Below, piece after piece: positions 55,001-63,562 of a stretch of 64,000 nucleotides of DNA (position 1 is its first letter; every line of letters starts with the position of its first letter). The notes below the pieces were generated by a model, which made no database searches, was not told where the DNA came from, and worked only from the letters and a program-made list of their open reading frames with translations. The DNA comes from an uncultured Candidatus Peribacteria bacterium. GTDB lineage: Bacteria; Patescibacteriota; Gracilibacteria; Peribacterales; Peribacteraceae. The position numbers and the translations under genes were made by a program. The stretch spans positions 390,532-454,531 of the forward strand of contig CAZHON010000001.1 of assembly GCA_964534565.1 (NCBI GenBank), read 5' to 3'.

Positions 55001-55040
55001 CTCCGACGAAAAGCCGAAGAAGAAGTCGAAGAAAGATTAG
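52020..55040 (+). CDS. UvrD/PcrA-type SF1 helicase fused to a C-terminal RecB-family PD-(D/E)xK nuclease domain
   Basis: 'VVAGPGTGKTQVI', 'ILVDEFQDTN', 'VVGDDDQAIYRFQGA', 'TAHQSKGLEFDMVILP', 'VAMTRARKTLIFS'. Nuclease 'GNAVHFAL', 'GMLDRVD', 'VVDYKTG', 'QLVFYGLL'. Confidence 0.88.
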   Translation: MQSFQEEYQRLNEAQKKAVDSIEGPVMVVAGPGTGKTQVIAMRVASILQKTQMRPGNILCLTFSVSGATAMRERLRTFIGGEAYGVTIRNFHGFCNDLIGAYPGVFEDWEALEQVSDLERYRIVNTIIDGIITNSELLNQKSPYMRSREIIGKISEVKREGKTVADLLAAADKFDEEMATKSREGTKIHEKNLATARKFREFITIFEGYQKALKESNRYDYEDMILYVIEALQKEEWLLQQLQERYQYILVDEFQDTNGSQYKLLQLLTQYIAVDHEPNLFVVGDDDQAIYRFQGANLQNILQFHTRFPKAEVIVLTENYRSTQPILDAATRLISQNAERLVNRMPNLQKILHSNSKEKKPEPTLVRPVSDTAESWMIADIIADELKKGAEPQEIAILVQKNSELLPVYDVLRAREIPVQMTGKLDLLHHPLVAQVVAILKAILEPGDNGLFAAALACTCFECHPADLGRIFSLQREEKKSVREILLSFDEPESAASKLVLVNKEAVLNARNTLLDLHQKIDTRTVVETLEQALKTTGLLKMGKEHPSFDPVDFAALQAFFDRMKYRAYEQPTFSLRQLLSDIDLYERPEYGDLRLSFSLPHLTEEGVQLMTAHQSKGLEFDMVILPNFREGHWDKRRTPSSISIPEHLLYGWEKEDQAFASSQDERRIAFVAMTRARKTLIFSCPKEVTNADKAREVSPSGFFAEAGPLPEEDRELKNPEDCALLLIEPKIDLDEAMRAFLKERLEQYALSVTALNHFLEDPQKFLELDLLQIPQTKESSLVYGNAVHFALKSWSRSVQENQPLSEGKFIAEFDSYLDEREVLTSKERERLRALGHTTLPVYYNERLLTAPIVYKYEWPISCALEDPSDTTGARIPLKGMLDRVDSESPDSAIVSVVDYKTGRPQTEAQIRSGDYHRQLVFYGLLLREAQPALKPKTYTLDFVGERGEEPIERVFQISAKEIEDLAELVRKVWHKIQALDFTPVELPKIDEIVSDEKPKKKSKKD

Positions 55041-55474
55041 GAAAGCAAATGGAGTCCGCACGCTTCATCGTGTGAACGTGTCATTGTTTCTGGCAGCACG
55101 GTGAATACGAGTTCGCAGGTTGGATGTGCAATCACTTGTGTGATGTGGCCACCTTTGACGTTGAGTTCCCTGTCTCCAAAGCATCCGTGCGCATGCATGT
55201 ACATTTTCCCTTCTTTCAGCGACGCATTCCCTGTCATGCTTGCAATCTCCAATTTTCCACTGAGTTCCAAGTGCTCGTAAGATTTTGTGTCCGTGTCGTA
55301 CCATGACAGCTTCACGTATGACGCTGCACCGATCGCTTGGAACGCTCCCGCGAAAATATTGTGGGAAGCACAGTGCTCCGTGAGGATTGCGAGCACGTCA
55401 TCGCCTGCATCGAAACGCAGGACGTGGTGCTTGCTGGAGTGTTGAATCACTTTCATTAACGGTGAGTGTACCAC
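55037..55474 (-). CDS. PPC (DUF296) domain protein
   Basis: 145 aa. 'AFQAIGAASYVKLSWYD...LEIASMTGNASL..GKMYMHAHGCFGD....GGHI'. Confidence 0.7.
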   Translation of the reverse strand: MVHSPLMKVIQHSSKHHVLRFDAGDDVLAILTEHCASHNIFAGAFQAIGAASYVKLSWYDTDTKSYEHLELSGKLEIASMTGNASLKEGKMYMHAHGCFGDRELNVKGGHITQVIAHPTCELVFTVLPETMTRSHDEACGLHLLS

Positions 55475-55477
55475 AGC

Positions 55478-56077
55478 TCACTTTTCCTGACCACCGTGCA
55501 TAAATTTTTCGAACGCATGCAGGGCCTTTCCACGGTGGCTGATAGCGTTCTTTTCCTCAAGAGATAGCGCCGTATAGACATTCGTAAGCCCGCTCGGAAT
55601 GAAGCAGGAAGAGAGAGGAAGCCCCGGGAGATACGGTGCCATCACGGCATGCGTAATGGTTCCATTGCAACTGCCTTCGAAGAAATGTTCTGTGCCATTC
55701 TCATCGATGTAACAGAGTACGCACATGAATCGTGCACGTTTGTTTTCTTCGCGAGACATACGCTCCAAGAAAAACGAAATCCACTCTTCATCGGTTGCAT
55801 CCTTCCCCGCTCCCCAACGTCGTGTGTGAATACCCAACTCTCCTTCCAGTGCTTCGATCATAATTCCTGAATCGTCTGCGAGAGTCGGCACATTGCTTCG
55901 TTCAAAATAGAATCGAGCTTTCTGCCGGGCGTTTCCTTCGAATGTATTTTCTTCTTCCACGGGAACATCCGTGATTCGAAGATCAAGAGGCGTGATGATC
56001 GACAAAGGGAGAGAGGACAATGCAGAACTCATCTCGAGGATCTTTCCCTTGTTTGCAGTCCCAAGCAGGAGCTTCAT
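55478..56077 (-). CDS. rdgB: Non-canonical purine NTP pyrophosphatase (RdgB/HAM1)
   Basis: 'LLGTANKGKILEM', 'ENTFEGNARQKA', 'LADDSGIMIEAL', 'FEGSCNGTI', 'ISHRGKAL'. Confidence 0.9.
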   Translation of the reverse strand: MKLLLGTANKGKILEMSSALSSLPLSIITPLDLRITDVPVEEENTFEGNARQKARFYFERSNVPTLADDSGIMIEALEGELGIHTRRWGAGKDATDEEWISFFLERMSREENKRARFMCVLCYIDENGTEHFFEGSCNGTITHAVMAPYLPGLPLSSCFIPSGLTNVYTALSLEEKNAISHRGKALHAFEKFMHGGQEK

Positions 56078-58350
56078 TACATTTCTTGGGTACCGACGGG
56101 CTCTTCACGACTGATGTAGATCTTTCGAGCTTTGGCGCCGTCTGCAGGGCCGATGAGACCCTTCTCCTCCATGATATCGAGCAGGCGAGCCGCACGTGCG
56201 TAACCCACCTTCAGAGCGCGCTGTAAGAGGCTTGCAGAAGCCTTTCCGCTCGATTGCACCACGCGGACAGCCTCGAAGAACATCTCATCACCTCCGTTGT
56301 CATCGGCCTCCAGGTCGATGTGCTGATGCATGTGGCCCCCCGGCGTCAGGTCGCTCTCATCTTGCGGGGTGTTTTCGTCATCTTCGGAAAGACCAATCTG
56401 TTCGGTAATCTTTCCTCCTCCTGCGATCTTCACAGCGTTGATGACGCGTTCGATTTCTTTCGTCGAAATGTAGATACCCTGAATGCGCACAGGCTTTGCC
56501 GTGTTGGCCGTCATGAGGAGCATATCTCCTTTGCCAAGCAAATCTTCGGCTCCGATGGAGTCGATGATCGTGCGGCTGTCGACTGCACTCACGACGCGGA
56601 AGGCGATACGTGTTGGGATGTTCGCCTTGATGAGACCCGTGATCACGTCGACGGATGGACGCTGCGTTGCAATGATGAGGTGCATACCGACGGCACGCGC
56701 CATCTGAGAAATACGTACGATCATCGTTTCTGTGTCACGGCGGTACTGACGCATCATGAGGTCGGCGAGCTCATCGATGACGACCACGATGCGCGGAAGC
56801 ATCATCGCTTCGTCCGTTTGCTTCTCATTGAATTCGTCGATGTTACGAACACCCTGTTCGGAGAATCGGTGGAGGCGACGACCCATCTCTGCAACGGCCC
56901 AGCGAAGCGCCTGAAGTGCCTTATCTGCCTCTGTAATGACCGGTGTGAGCAAATGGGGGATTCCGTTGTAGGGCATCAATTCGACGCGTTTAGGATCGAT
57001 AAGGATGAGTTTGAGTTCGTGTGGAGCATTCTGGTAGAGCATCGACGACAAGAACACGTTCATACAGACGGACTTTCCAGAACCGGTTGCTCCTGCGATG
57101 AGCAAGTGCGGCATGTCTTCCAGACTTGCGACCATCGCTTCACCCGACACATCGCGCCCGAGAGGAAGCGTGAGAGACGATGTATTTTCGTTGAAGGACG
57201 GACTCTCCAAAATTTCGCGCATGTGTACGGTCGTGCGAATGGAGTTTGGCATTTCGATACCAACGAGCGACTTTCCCGGAATCGGTGCCTCGATACGAAG
57301 ACTCTGTGCAGCCAGTGCGAGTGCGAGGTCGTCTTTCAGTGCGGCAATCTTGCTCAACTTCACTCCTTCCGATGGCTGCAAGGTGAACTGTGTCACCGTT
57401 GGTCCTGGTCGAGCATCGCGAACCGTCACATCAATTTCAAATTCGCTCAATTTCTCTTCGATCAATTTTGCTTGGCTCTTCAACTCCTCGTCGTCTACTG
57501 CAAGCACGCTCTGTGATTGATCTAATAAATCGAGAGAGGGGAATGTCCATTCTTCGAAACGCGTGTCCTTCATTTCCAGCGCATTCGGATCATGAAGGGC
57601 ATTCTTGATCTTCTGCTGAGCAAGCTCTTTTGCTTTAGCCTTCGCGATATTCTGGGCAAAGGCAGGACGGACGATGTTGAGTTCAGGAGCGTCGATATCT
57701 TCCTCAATCAAGTCTTCATCGTCTTCTTCGATCTCTTCTTCCTCTTCATCCTCCTCTTCTTCTTTCCTTGCACTCACAGTACGAGGTGCGGTTTGTCGTG
57801 CAGAACGAAGCATCGTCATGTCCTCTTCTTCTCCCTTTAGAATTCGACCGATGAGACCAGCAAGATCCGGTTCGAATGCGACGAAGACCCCGATCATGAA
57901 GGAAGCGGTGAGGACGATGTAGGCAACCACAGGCGTCGTCCACATGACAAACGGCAAACTCACCATGAATCCGATCGCGCCTGCAAATTCATCGCGGCGT
58001 GCGCCGATTTGATCGATGGGACCAATGTGCATGAGTCCCAAGAAAGAGAAGAGTGACAGAACGAGACCGAGCGTGCGCTTGAGTTCCATACTGCTGCCCA
58101 TGGCGAGCCACTGCAGCGTTCCGGAAAGGATAAGGGCGAGCGGAATCAAAATGCCCCACGAACCGACAAGGAAGCGCATTCCAGCCTGCAGACCGTTGCC
58201 CAAGCTGCCGGCCGCTCCTTCAATGGAGAGGAACAGCAAAATACCGAGAGCGATCTGTACGATGCCGTTGATTTGGCGTCGTGTGGATTCTTGGAGTAAC
58301 GGGGCCTCTCGTGTTTTTCGCACTTTTGTGCGGGTCCGCTTCTTTGGCAT
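56077..58350 (-). CDS. ftsK: DNA translocase FtsK
   Basis: N-terminal TM helices; acidic linker; 'HLLIAGATGSGKSVCMN', 'IVVVIDELADLMM', 'HLIIATQRPSVDVITG'; winged-helix gamma 'SASLLQRALKVGYARAARLLDIMEEKGLIG'. Confidence 0.95.
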   Translation of the reverse strand: MPKKRTRTKVRKTREAPLLQESTRRQINGIVQIALGILLFLSIEGAAGSLGNGLQAGMRFLVGSWGILIPLALILSGTLQWLAMGSSMELKRTLGLVLSLFSFLGLMHIGPIDQIGARRDEFAGAIGFMVSLPFVMWTTPVVAYIVLTASFMIGVFVAFEPDLAGLIGRILKGEEEDMTMLRSARQTAPRTVSARKEEEEDEEEEEIEEDDEDLIEEDIDAPELNIVRPAFAQNIAKAKAKELAQQKIKNALHDPNALEMKDTRFEEWTFPSLDLLDQSQSVLAVDDEELKSQAKLIEEKLSEFEIDVTVRDARPGPTVTQFTLQPSEGVKLSKIAALKDDLALALAAQSLRIEAPIPGKSLVGIEMPNSIRTTVHMREILESPSFNENTSSLTLPLGRDVSGEAMVASLEDMPHLLIAGATGSGKSVCMNVFLSSMLYQNAPHELKLILIDPKRVELMPYNGIPHLLTPVITEADKALQALRWAVAEMGRRLHRFSEQGVRNIDEFNEKQTDEAMMLPRIVVVIDELADLMMRQYRRDTETMIVRISQMARAVGMHLIIATQRPSVDVITGLIKANIPTRIAFRVVSAVDSRTIIDSIGAEDLLGKGDMLLMTANTAKPVRIQGIYISTKEIERVINAVKIAGGGKITEQIGLSEDDENTPQDESDLTPGGHMHQHIDLEADDNGGDEMFFEAVRVVQSSGKASASLLQRALKVGYARAARLLDIMEEKGLIGPADGAKARKIYISREEPVGTQEM

Positions 58351-58439
58351 GCGGCAGTCATGATACCAGAGAATCCTCCGTCACAGCACGTTTTCTTATG
58401 ATCGACAAACGGGGGCAAAACACAGTACAGTAGAGGCCT

Positions 58440-59264
58440 ATGCGCGTGGCTATTTTTGGCGGCAGGGGATACCTGGGACAGCAATTTCTCGGCCTCTATC
58501 CAGACGCTCTCACTCCATCGGTCGATATTACCGATGCGAAGGCGGTTGCCGACTTCTTGGACGCAGAGAAGCCGGATGTCGTCATCAACTGTGCTGGCAA
58601 AACCGGGCGCCCCAATGTTGATTGGTGTGAGGATCATAAAGAAGAAACGATTCAGGGGAATGTCACCGGTCCTCTCATTCTTCTTGAACAGTGTGGGAAA
58701 CGCGGCATCTACTGGGTGCAACTTGGATCGGGGTGCATTTACACAGGAGACAACGGAGGAAAGGGATTTTCCGAAACAGACAAACCGAATTTTACAGGGA
58801 GTTTCTATTCCAAGACCAAAGGATGGGTCGATCAGATGCTCGCAGAATTCCCGGTGCTACAGCTTCGTTTACGTATGCCGTTCGACGGCTCTACTGAGCC
58901 AAGAAACTTGATAATGAAATTGAGGAAGTATAACCGAGTGTTGGATGTGAAGAACTCTCTCACGTGTATTCCGGACTTATTGCAGGTTGCAAAAACATTG
59001 ATTGAAAAGAGGGTCACCGGAACCTTCAACGTGGTGAACCCGGGACCACTCTCTCCCTACGATGTCATGAAGAAATACACCGAGATAGTGGACTCGACGC
59101 ATGTATTTGAAAAACTGACGGAAGATCAACTTTCCGAAGTGACGAAAGCGGGACGCAGTAACTGCGTTCTTTCGGTTCAAACGTTGAACGATCTGGGCAT
59201 CGTTATTCGATCTTCTGACGAAGCGTTGACCGATTGTCTGCAACAAATTAAGTTCAAGAAATAG
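58440..59264 (+). CDS. NAD(P)-dependent sugar-nucleotide reductase/epimerase (RmlD substrate-binding-domain family)
   Basis: 'MRVAIFGGRGYLG', 'VVINCAGKTGRPNVDWCEDHKEET'; about 270 aa. Confidence 0.7.
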   Translation: MRVAIFGGRGYLGQQFLGLYPDALTPSVDITDAKAVADFLDAEKPDVVINCAGKTGRPNVDWCEDHKEETIQGNVTGPLILLEQCGKRGIYWVQLGSGCIYTGDNGGKGFSETDKPNFTGSFYSKTKGWVDQMLAEFPVLQLRLRMPFDGSTEPRNLIMKLRKYNRVLDVKNSLTCIPDLLQVAKTLIEKRVTGTFNVVNPGPLSPYDVMKKYTEIVDSTHVFEKLTEDQLSEVTKAGRSNCVLSVQTLNDLGIVIRSSDEALTDCLQQIKFKK

Positions 59265-59297
59265 GCTTTGAATAGGCAAAAGGAGTCAATTTGACTA

Positions 59298-59326
59298 TTG
59301 ACGATGAATGATTTTATTAATATAAT
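59298..59326 (+). promoter_or_regulatory. Consensus-like sigma-70 promoter of the marR-like/exporter operon
   Basis: TTGACG (59298-59303), 17-nt spacer, TATAAT (59321-59326). A second TTGACT lies at 59291-59296. Confidence 0.6.
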
Positions 59327-59328
59327 TA

Positions 59329-59351
59329 GCCTATCTAACCATTTGATAGGC
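59329..59351 (+). promoter_or_regulatory. Candidate MarR operator: 7-bp inverted repeat between the -10 and the start codon
   Basis: GCCTATC(59329-59335)-N9-GATAGGC(59345-59351); ATG at 59354. Confidence 0.5.
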
Positions 59352-59353
59352 AT

Positions 59354-59803
59354 ATGTCCGATCCAACCTCTCAAATTATTGCATCGATGTTTGACCTCAA
59401 TAGGGTCGTACGCCACCGTATGATGGCTATAGACGAGCCGGGAACGCTCAATATGCACCAAATGCATACATTGATCGTTATTCAGGAACACCCACGTATG
59501 ACGATGGGTGAACTTGCACAATCTCTGCGTATTTCCTTGCCATCTGCCACATCGCTCATCAATCGACTCGTAAGAATGAAGTTCATTGAACGTCGTATTG
59601 ATCGTACGAATCGCAAAATGGTGCGATTGAAGCTTTCTGCTTTGGGAGAGAAAGTTCTGAGTACCAAGATGCGCAGTTGCCATCGCGAGATGCACAAAAT
59701 CTTCTCTTTGATGCCCACAAAAGACCGCACGGAATTTGCACATATTCTTCAATCCCTTCTCATTGAACTCCGCGCTACTGAAAGCGCTTCTTCCCCCCAG
59801 TAA
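59354..59803 (+). CDS. MarR-family transcriptional regulator
   Basis: 'HQMHTLIVIQEHPRMTMGELAQSLRISLPSATSLINRLVRMKFIERRIDRTNRKMVRLKLSALGEK'. Confidence 0.88.
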   Translation: MSDPTSQIIASMFDLNRVVRHRMMAIDEPGTLNMHQMHTLIVIQEHPRMTMGELAQSLRISLPSATSLINRLVRMKFIERRIDRTNRKMVRLKLSALGEKVLSTKMRSCHREMHKIFSLMPTKDRTEFAHILQSLLIELRATESASSPQ

Positions 59804-59805
59804 TC

Positions 59806-61584
59806 ATGACCCTCTCTTCCATCCTCTCATCGGCATACTCCGGATTGAAACATGTTCTGTCCTTCCTGAAACGACATTGGAAGTGGACGCTTGCAGGGCT
59901 CCTCATCGGGCTCCCACTGCTTCTTATTCTGATGTTTATCTTCACGCCGACAAAGGTGAGTTACGTCACCGATACGGCAAAATTGGAGGATTTAGTGCAG
60001 ACCGTGGAGGCAAACGGAACCGTCACGTCCGAACGTGATATTGAATTGAAGTTCCCGGCCCTCTCCGGACTTGTGTCCGAAGTCTATGTGACCGAAGGAG
60101 ACACCGTGCAGGCAGGTCAGCGTTTGGCGCAATTACGTTCGAGCGGACTTGGCGCGGGAGTTGCCTCTGCCTCTGCTTCATTGCAGGCAGCTCAGGCCCA
60201 GCTTGATGCGATGGAACAAGGAAACCGCCCGGAAGACATTGCCGTCAGCCAAGCGGACTTGGAGAGCAAGCGCGCCTCTCTTCTCGTTGCACAGCAATCA
60301 TTGCAGACTGCCATTTCCAACGCAGCAAACTCTCAACAGAAGTTGGATGCATTGCGCCGCGAACTTGATGTATCGACCGCTGGCGATATTGCACAAGTTC
60401 CAAGTACGATTGGAAAAAATCTTGCAAGCGTACAAGGAGCATTGCAGTCGATCAGTTCCATCTTCGGACGCAACGATGTGCAGAATGCGATCAGCCACAG
60501 CAGTAACTCGAACGGATACTCTGTGGTATTGAATCTTCAGACGAATGCCATGACGGCCATTGGTGCTGCATTGCAGGCCCCTACTCCAACGACGAATGAA
60601 GCGGCTGTAGCATCTCTTCAGAATGCAAAGGCTGCCGCCCAACAGGCATCCACCGCTTTGCAGCAGGCATATATGATGATTTCCACCTTGTCTGAAAGCA
60701 GTGATTATCCGCATGCAGCGATTGAGACAGACAAGGCGACTCTCTCCACAAATCAGACAACGGTGCAGACAGGAGTGAGTGGTCTGGATACTGCAATCAG
60801 CAATTTGCGTGGAGCTGCTGCCGGAAACGATTCCCGAATCATTGCAGAGCAGTCGAACTTGGATGCTGCAAACAATGCAAAGGCAAAGGCTCAGGCGGAC
60901 ATTCTGACGTACCAAGCAGCGGTGAATATTTCGCAGGCTCAACTTGATTTGAAGCGCGCCGGTTCCCGCCCACAGGATATTGAGGCACAGCGTGCTCGTG
61001 TTCGTCAGGCAAGTGCGGAATTGGCTCGTGCCGCTTCAAGTTACAACGATACGGTGTTGGTTGCTCCGATGGACGGAACGGTGACTCAAGTAAACATTAA
61101 GCCGGGGGAATTCACTCCATCCGGTCCCGCGATGACGATGCTCGGATTTAGTCCGTATCGCATAGAAATGTTCGTCTCGGAAATTGATATTCCAAAAGTG
61201 CAGCTGACACAGTCTGGGTCCATTGAGTTGGATGCCTTCCGTGGAACGAACTTCAAGTTGCACGTGAGCGATATCGATCCTGCGGCAACAAACAAAGATG
61301 GTGTGTCGAAGTACCGCGTGAAGCTGGACTTCAACTACCCGCACGATGACCTCAAAATCGGCATGACCGGTGACGCGCAAATTATTACGGGTATTCGCCC
61401 GCAAGTTGTCACCGTTCCATTGCGTGCCGTGTTGGAAGATGCGACCGGAAAGAAAGTTGTTCGTATTCTCAATGGAACGAAAGTGGAGGAGCGCACCGTC
61501 ACAACGGGAATGGATGGCAGTAACGGAGAAGTCGAGGTGACCGGTGTGAAGGAAGGAGAAACGGTTATCGTTCTCCAGAAATAA
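59806..61584 (+). CDS. HlyD/MacA-type membrane-fusion (periplasmic adaptor) protein with an unusually long Q/A/S-rich helical insert
   Basis: N-terminal TM; lipoyl-like 'GLVSEVYVTEGDTVQAGQRLAQL' and 'VLVAPMDGTVTQVNIKPGE'; beta-barrel C-terminus. Confidence 0.8.
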   Translation: MTLSSILSSAYSGLKHVLSFLKRHWKWTLAGLLIGLPLLLILMFIFTPTKVSYVTDTAKLEDLVQTVEANGTVTSERDIELKFPALSGLVSEVYVTEGDTVQAGQRLAQLRSSGLGAGVASASASLQAAQAQLDAMEQGNRPEDIAVSQADLESKRASLLVAQQSLQTAISNAANSQQKLDALRRELDVSTAGDIAQVPSTIGKNLASVQGALQSISSIFGRNDVQNAISHSSNSNGYSVVLNLQTNAMTAIGAALQAPTPTTNEAAVASLQNAKAAAQQASTALQQAYMMISTLSESSDYPHAAIETDKATLSTNQTTVQTGVSGLDTAISNLRGAAAGNDSRIIAEQSNLDAANNAKAKAQADILTYQAAVNISQAQLDLKRAGSRPQDIEAQRARVRQASAELARAASSYNDTVLVAPMDGTVTQVNIKPGEFTPSGPAMTMLGFSPYRIEMFVSEIDIPKVQLTQSGSIELDAFRGTNFKLHVSDIDPAATNKDGVSKYRVKLDFNYPHDDLKIGMTGDAQIITGIRPQVVTVPLRAVLEDATGKKVVRILNGTKVEERTVTTGMDGSNGEVEVTGVKEGETVIVLQK

Positions 61585-61586
61585 CT

Positions 61587-62321
61587 ATGAATAAAACAGC
61601 TCCACTCATCGAGATACAGGATCTCTCCAAGTCGTACATGAATGACGACGTGGAGACTCCTGTGCTCTTCGATATCAATTTGAAAATTGAGAAAGGAGAG
61701 TTCGTCGCCATCATGGGACCATCCGGTTCCGGAAAGTCGACGTTGATGCATATCATCGGGTTCCTCGATTCCCAAACGAAAGGGCGTTACCTGTTCCAGG
61801 GACAACCGACGATGAATATGGAAGATGATGACCTCGCACGCATACGTGCGACCCGTGTGAGTTTCGTGTTCCAGGCATTCAACCTTTTGCCGCGAACCAC
61901 CGTTCTCGAAAACGTTCTCTTGCCCCTTTTGTACCACCCCACAATTCCTGCTTCCGAACGCATGCAGCGTGCACTGAAGGCGATTGAGACGGTGGGCTTG
62001 AAGGACCGAACGAACTACTTAAGCAGCCAACTTTCCGGAGGTCAGAAGCAGCGTGTGGCCATCGCCCGCGCTCTCGTGACGGACCCCGACGTCATCTTTG
62101 CCGATGAGCCGACGGGAAACCTCGATTCCGTTTCCGGTGTTGCCGTCATGCAGGCGCTCCAGAAATTGAACGAAGACGGACACACGATCATTCTTGTGAC
62201 ACACGAGCAAACCACAGCACAACACGCAAAGCGCATCATTCATATTCGTGACGGACACATTGAATCGGATAGCAGTGACTTTAAGCGCGTGATTGCAGGT
62301 CAGACGGACCGTTTGAAATAA
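61587..62321 (+). CDS. ABC transporter ATP-binding protein (MacB/LolD type)
   Basis: 'GPSGSGKSTLM', 'LSGGQKQRVAIARAL', 'IFADEPTGNLD', 'ILVTHE'. Confidence 0.93.
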   Translation: MNKTAPLIEIQDLSKSYMNDDVETPVLFDINLKIEKGEFVAIMGPSGSGKSTLMHIIGFLDSQTKGRYLFQGQPTMNMEDDDLARIRATRVSFVFQAFNLLPRTTVLENVLLPLLYHPTIPASERMQRALKAIETVGLKDRTNYLSSQLSGGQKQRVAIARALVTDPDVIFADEPTGNLDSVSGVAVMQALQKLNEDGHTIILVTHEQTTAQHAKRIIHIRDGHIESDSSDFKRVIAGQTDRLK

Positions 62322-62333
62322 CCCATCATCTTC

Positions 62334-63560
62334 ATGCTTCTCCGTGATACCTTTCAGACGGCGTTCAAAGGAGTGACGGCGAATGTCACGCGTTCTCTTT
62401 TAACGATGCTCGGCATCATCATCGGTGTGGGATCGGTCGTTCTCATGAGTTCGGTGGGGGGAAGCATGCAGGGAGTTATTTTGGGTCAAATCAGCAGTTT
62501 AGGAGCAAAAAGCATGGTCATTTTCCCAGGGACGGAAGAAGGAGGTCCTGCCCAGGCCATGGCAGGACACGACAGTTTGACCTTGGACGACGTCGATCAA
62601 CTCAAGAAGTTACCCACGATCGAAAAGATTGCGCCTGTCATTTTCATTCCGGGAAAGACGACGTACGGAACGCAAGAGGGATCCCCCCAGGTCTTTGGTA
62701 TCACGCAGGAATTCTTTGAGAATCAAAATATTTACGTAAAGGAAGGACGCCTGCTTGATCTATCAGATACGGAAGGAGGTCGTGATGTTGCCGTGCTTGC
62801 ACCTGATACGGTGGAGAAATTGTTCGGACAGCAAGACCCCATTGGCAAGCGACTGAAGATTGGAAATAATTTTTTCACCGTGATTGGAACCACGAAGGCG
62901 CTGGGGTCCCAATTCTTCCAGAATGCTGATGATCGTATTTATGTTCCGTTCAGCAAAGCTCGTGACATCACAGGTCAGCGCTATGTGAACTACGTCACGA
63001 TGATGGCGACCGACAGTTTCGATGTCGCTTTTGACGATGTGAAGTTCCTCCTTCGCAGACGTCATAACATTGATAATCCAAAGGATGACCCGAAGAAAGA
63101 CGACTTCGTGATTCACTCTTCCGAACAGGCGAGTGAAATCCTTGGAACGGTGTCACTTGGATTGACACTCTTCATCACAACGATCGCCGCAATCTCCCTC
63201 GTTGTCGGAGGAATCGGCATCATGAACATCATGCTCGTGTCGGTGACCGAACGAACACGAGAAATCGGACTTCGCAAAGCGGTTGGTGCACGGAGAGTCG
63301 ATATTCTTCTGCAATTCATGATTGAGTCCGTACTCCTCACCGTCATCGGCGGATTAATCGGTGTTGTGTTTGGGCTTGCAACTGCGTTCGTACTCTCGGC
63401 GATTGTGCAACGATTCCTGGATACCTACGTCTTCGTTGCGTCCATTCCCTCAATTGTCGTGGCGCTCATGATGGCGGGATTCACCGGAATGATTTTCGGT
63501 ATTTCTCCTGCACGCAGGGCCGCTGCTCTTCACCCTATGGAAGCCCTCCGCTACGAATAA
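62334..63560 (+). CDS. MacB-like ABC transporter permease (MacB_PCD plus FtsX domains)
   Basis: 'RSLLTMLGIIIGVGSVVLM', large extracytoplasmic domain, 'GGIGIMNIMLVSVTERTREIGLRKAVGA'. Confidence 0.88.
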   Translation: MLLRDTFQTAFKGVTANVTRSLLTMLGIIIGVGSVVLMSSVGGSMQGVILGQISSLGAKSMVIFPGTEEGGPAQAMAGHDSLTLDDVDQLKKLPTIEKIAPVIFIPGKTTYGTQEGSPQVFGITQEFFENQNIYVKEGRLLDLSDTEGGRDVAVLAPDTVEKLFGQQDPIGKRLKIGNNFFTVIGTTKALGSQFFQNADDRIYVPFSKARDITGQRYVNYVTMMATDSFDVAFDDVKFLLRRRHNIDNPKDDPKKDDFVIHSSEQASEILGTVSLGLTLFITTIAAISLVVGGIGIMNIMLVSVTERTREIGLRKAVGARRVDILLQFMIESVLLTVIGGLIGVVFGLATAFVLSAIVQRFLDTYVFVASIPSIVVALMMAGFTGMIFGISPARRAAALHPMEALRYE

Positions 63561-63562
63561 CC

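Noticed and set aside
56254-57516. 420-aa plus-strand ORF opposite ftsK
   Set aside because: The FtsK motor motifs are on the minus strand. The antisense translation is His/Asp/Val-rich noise.
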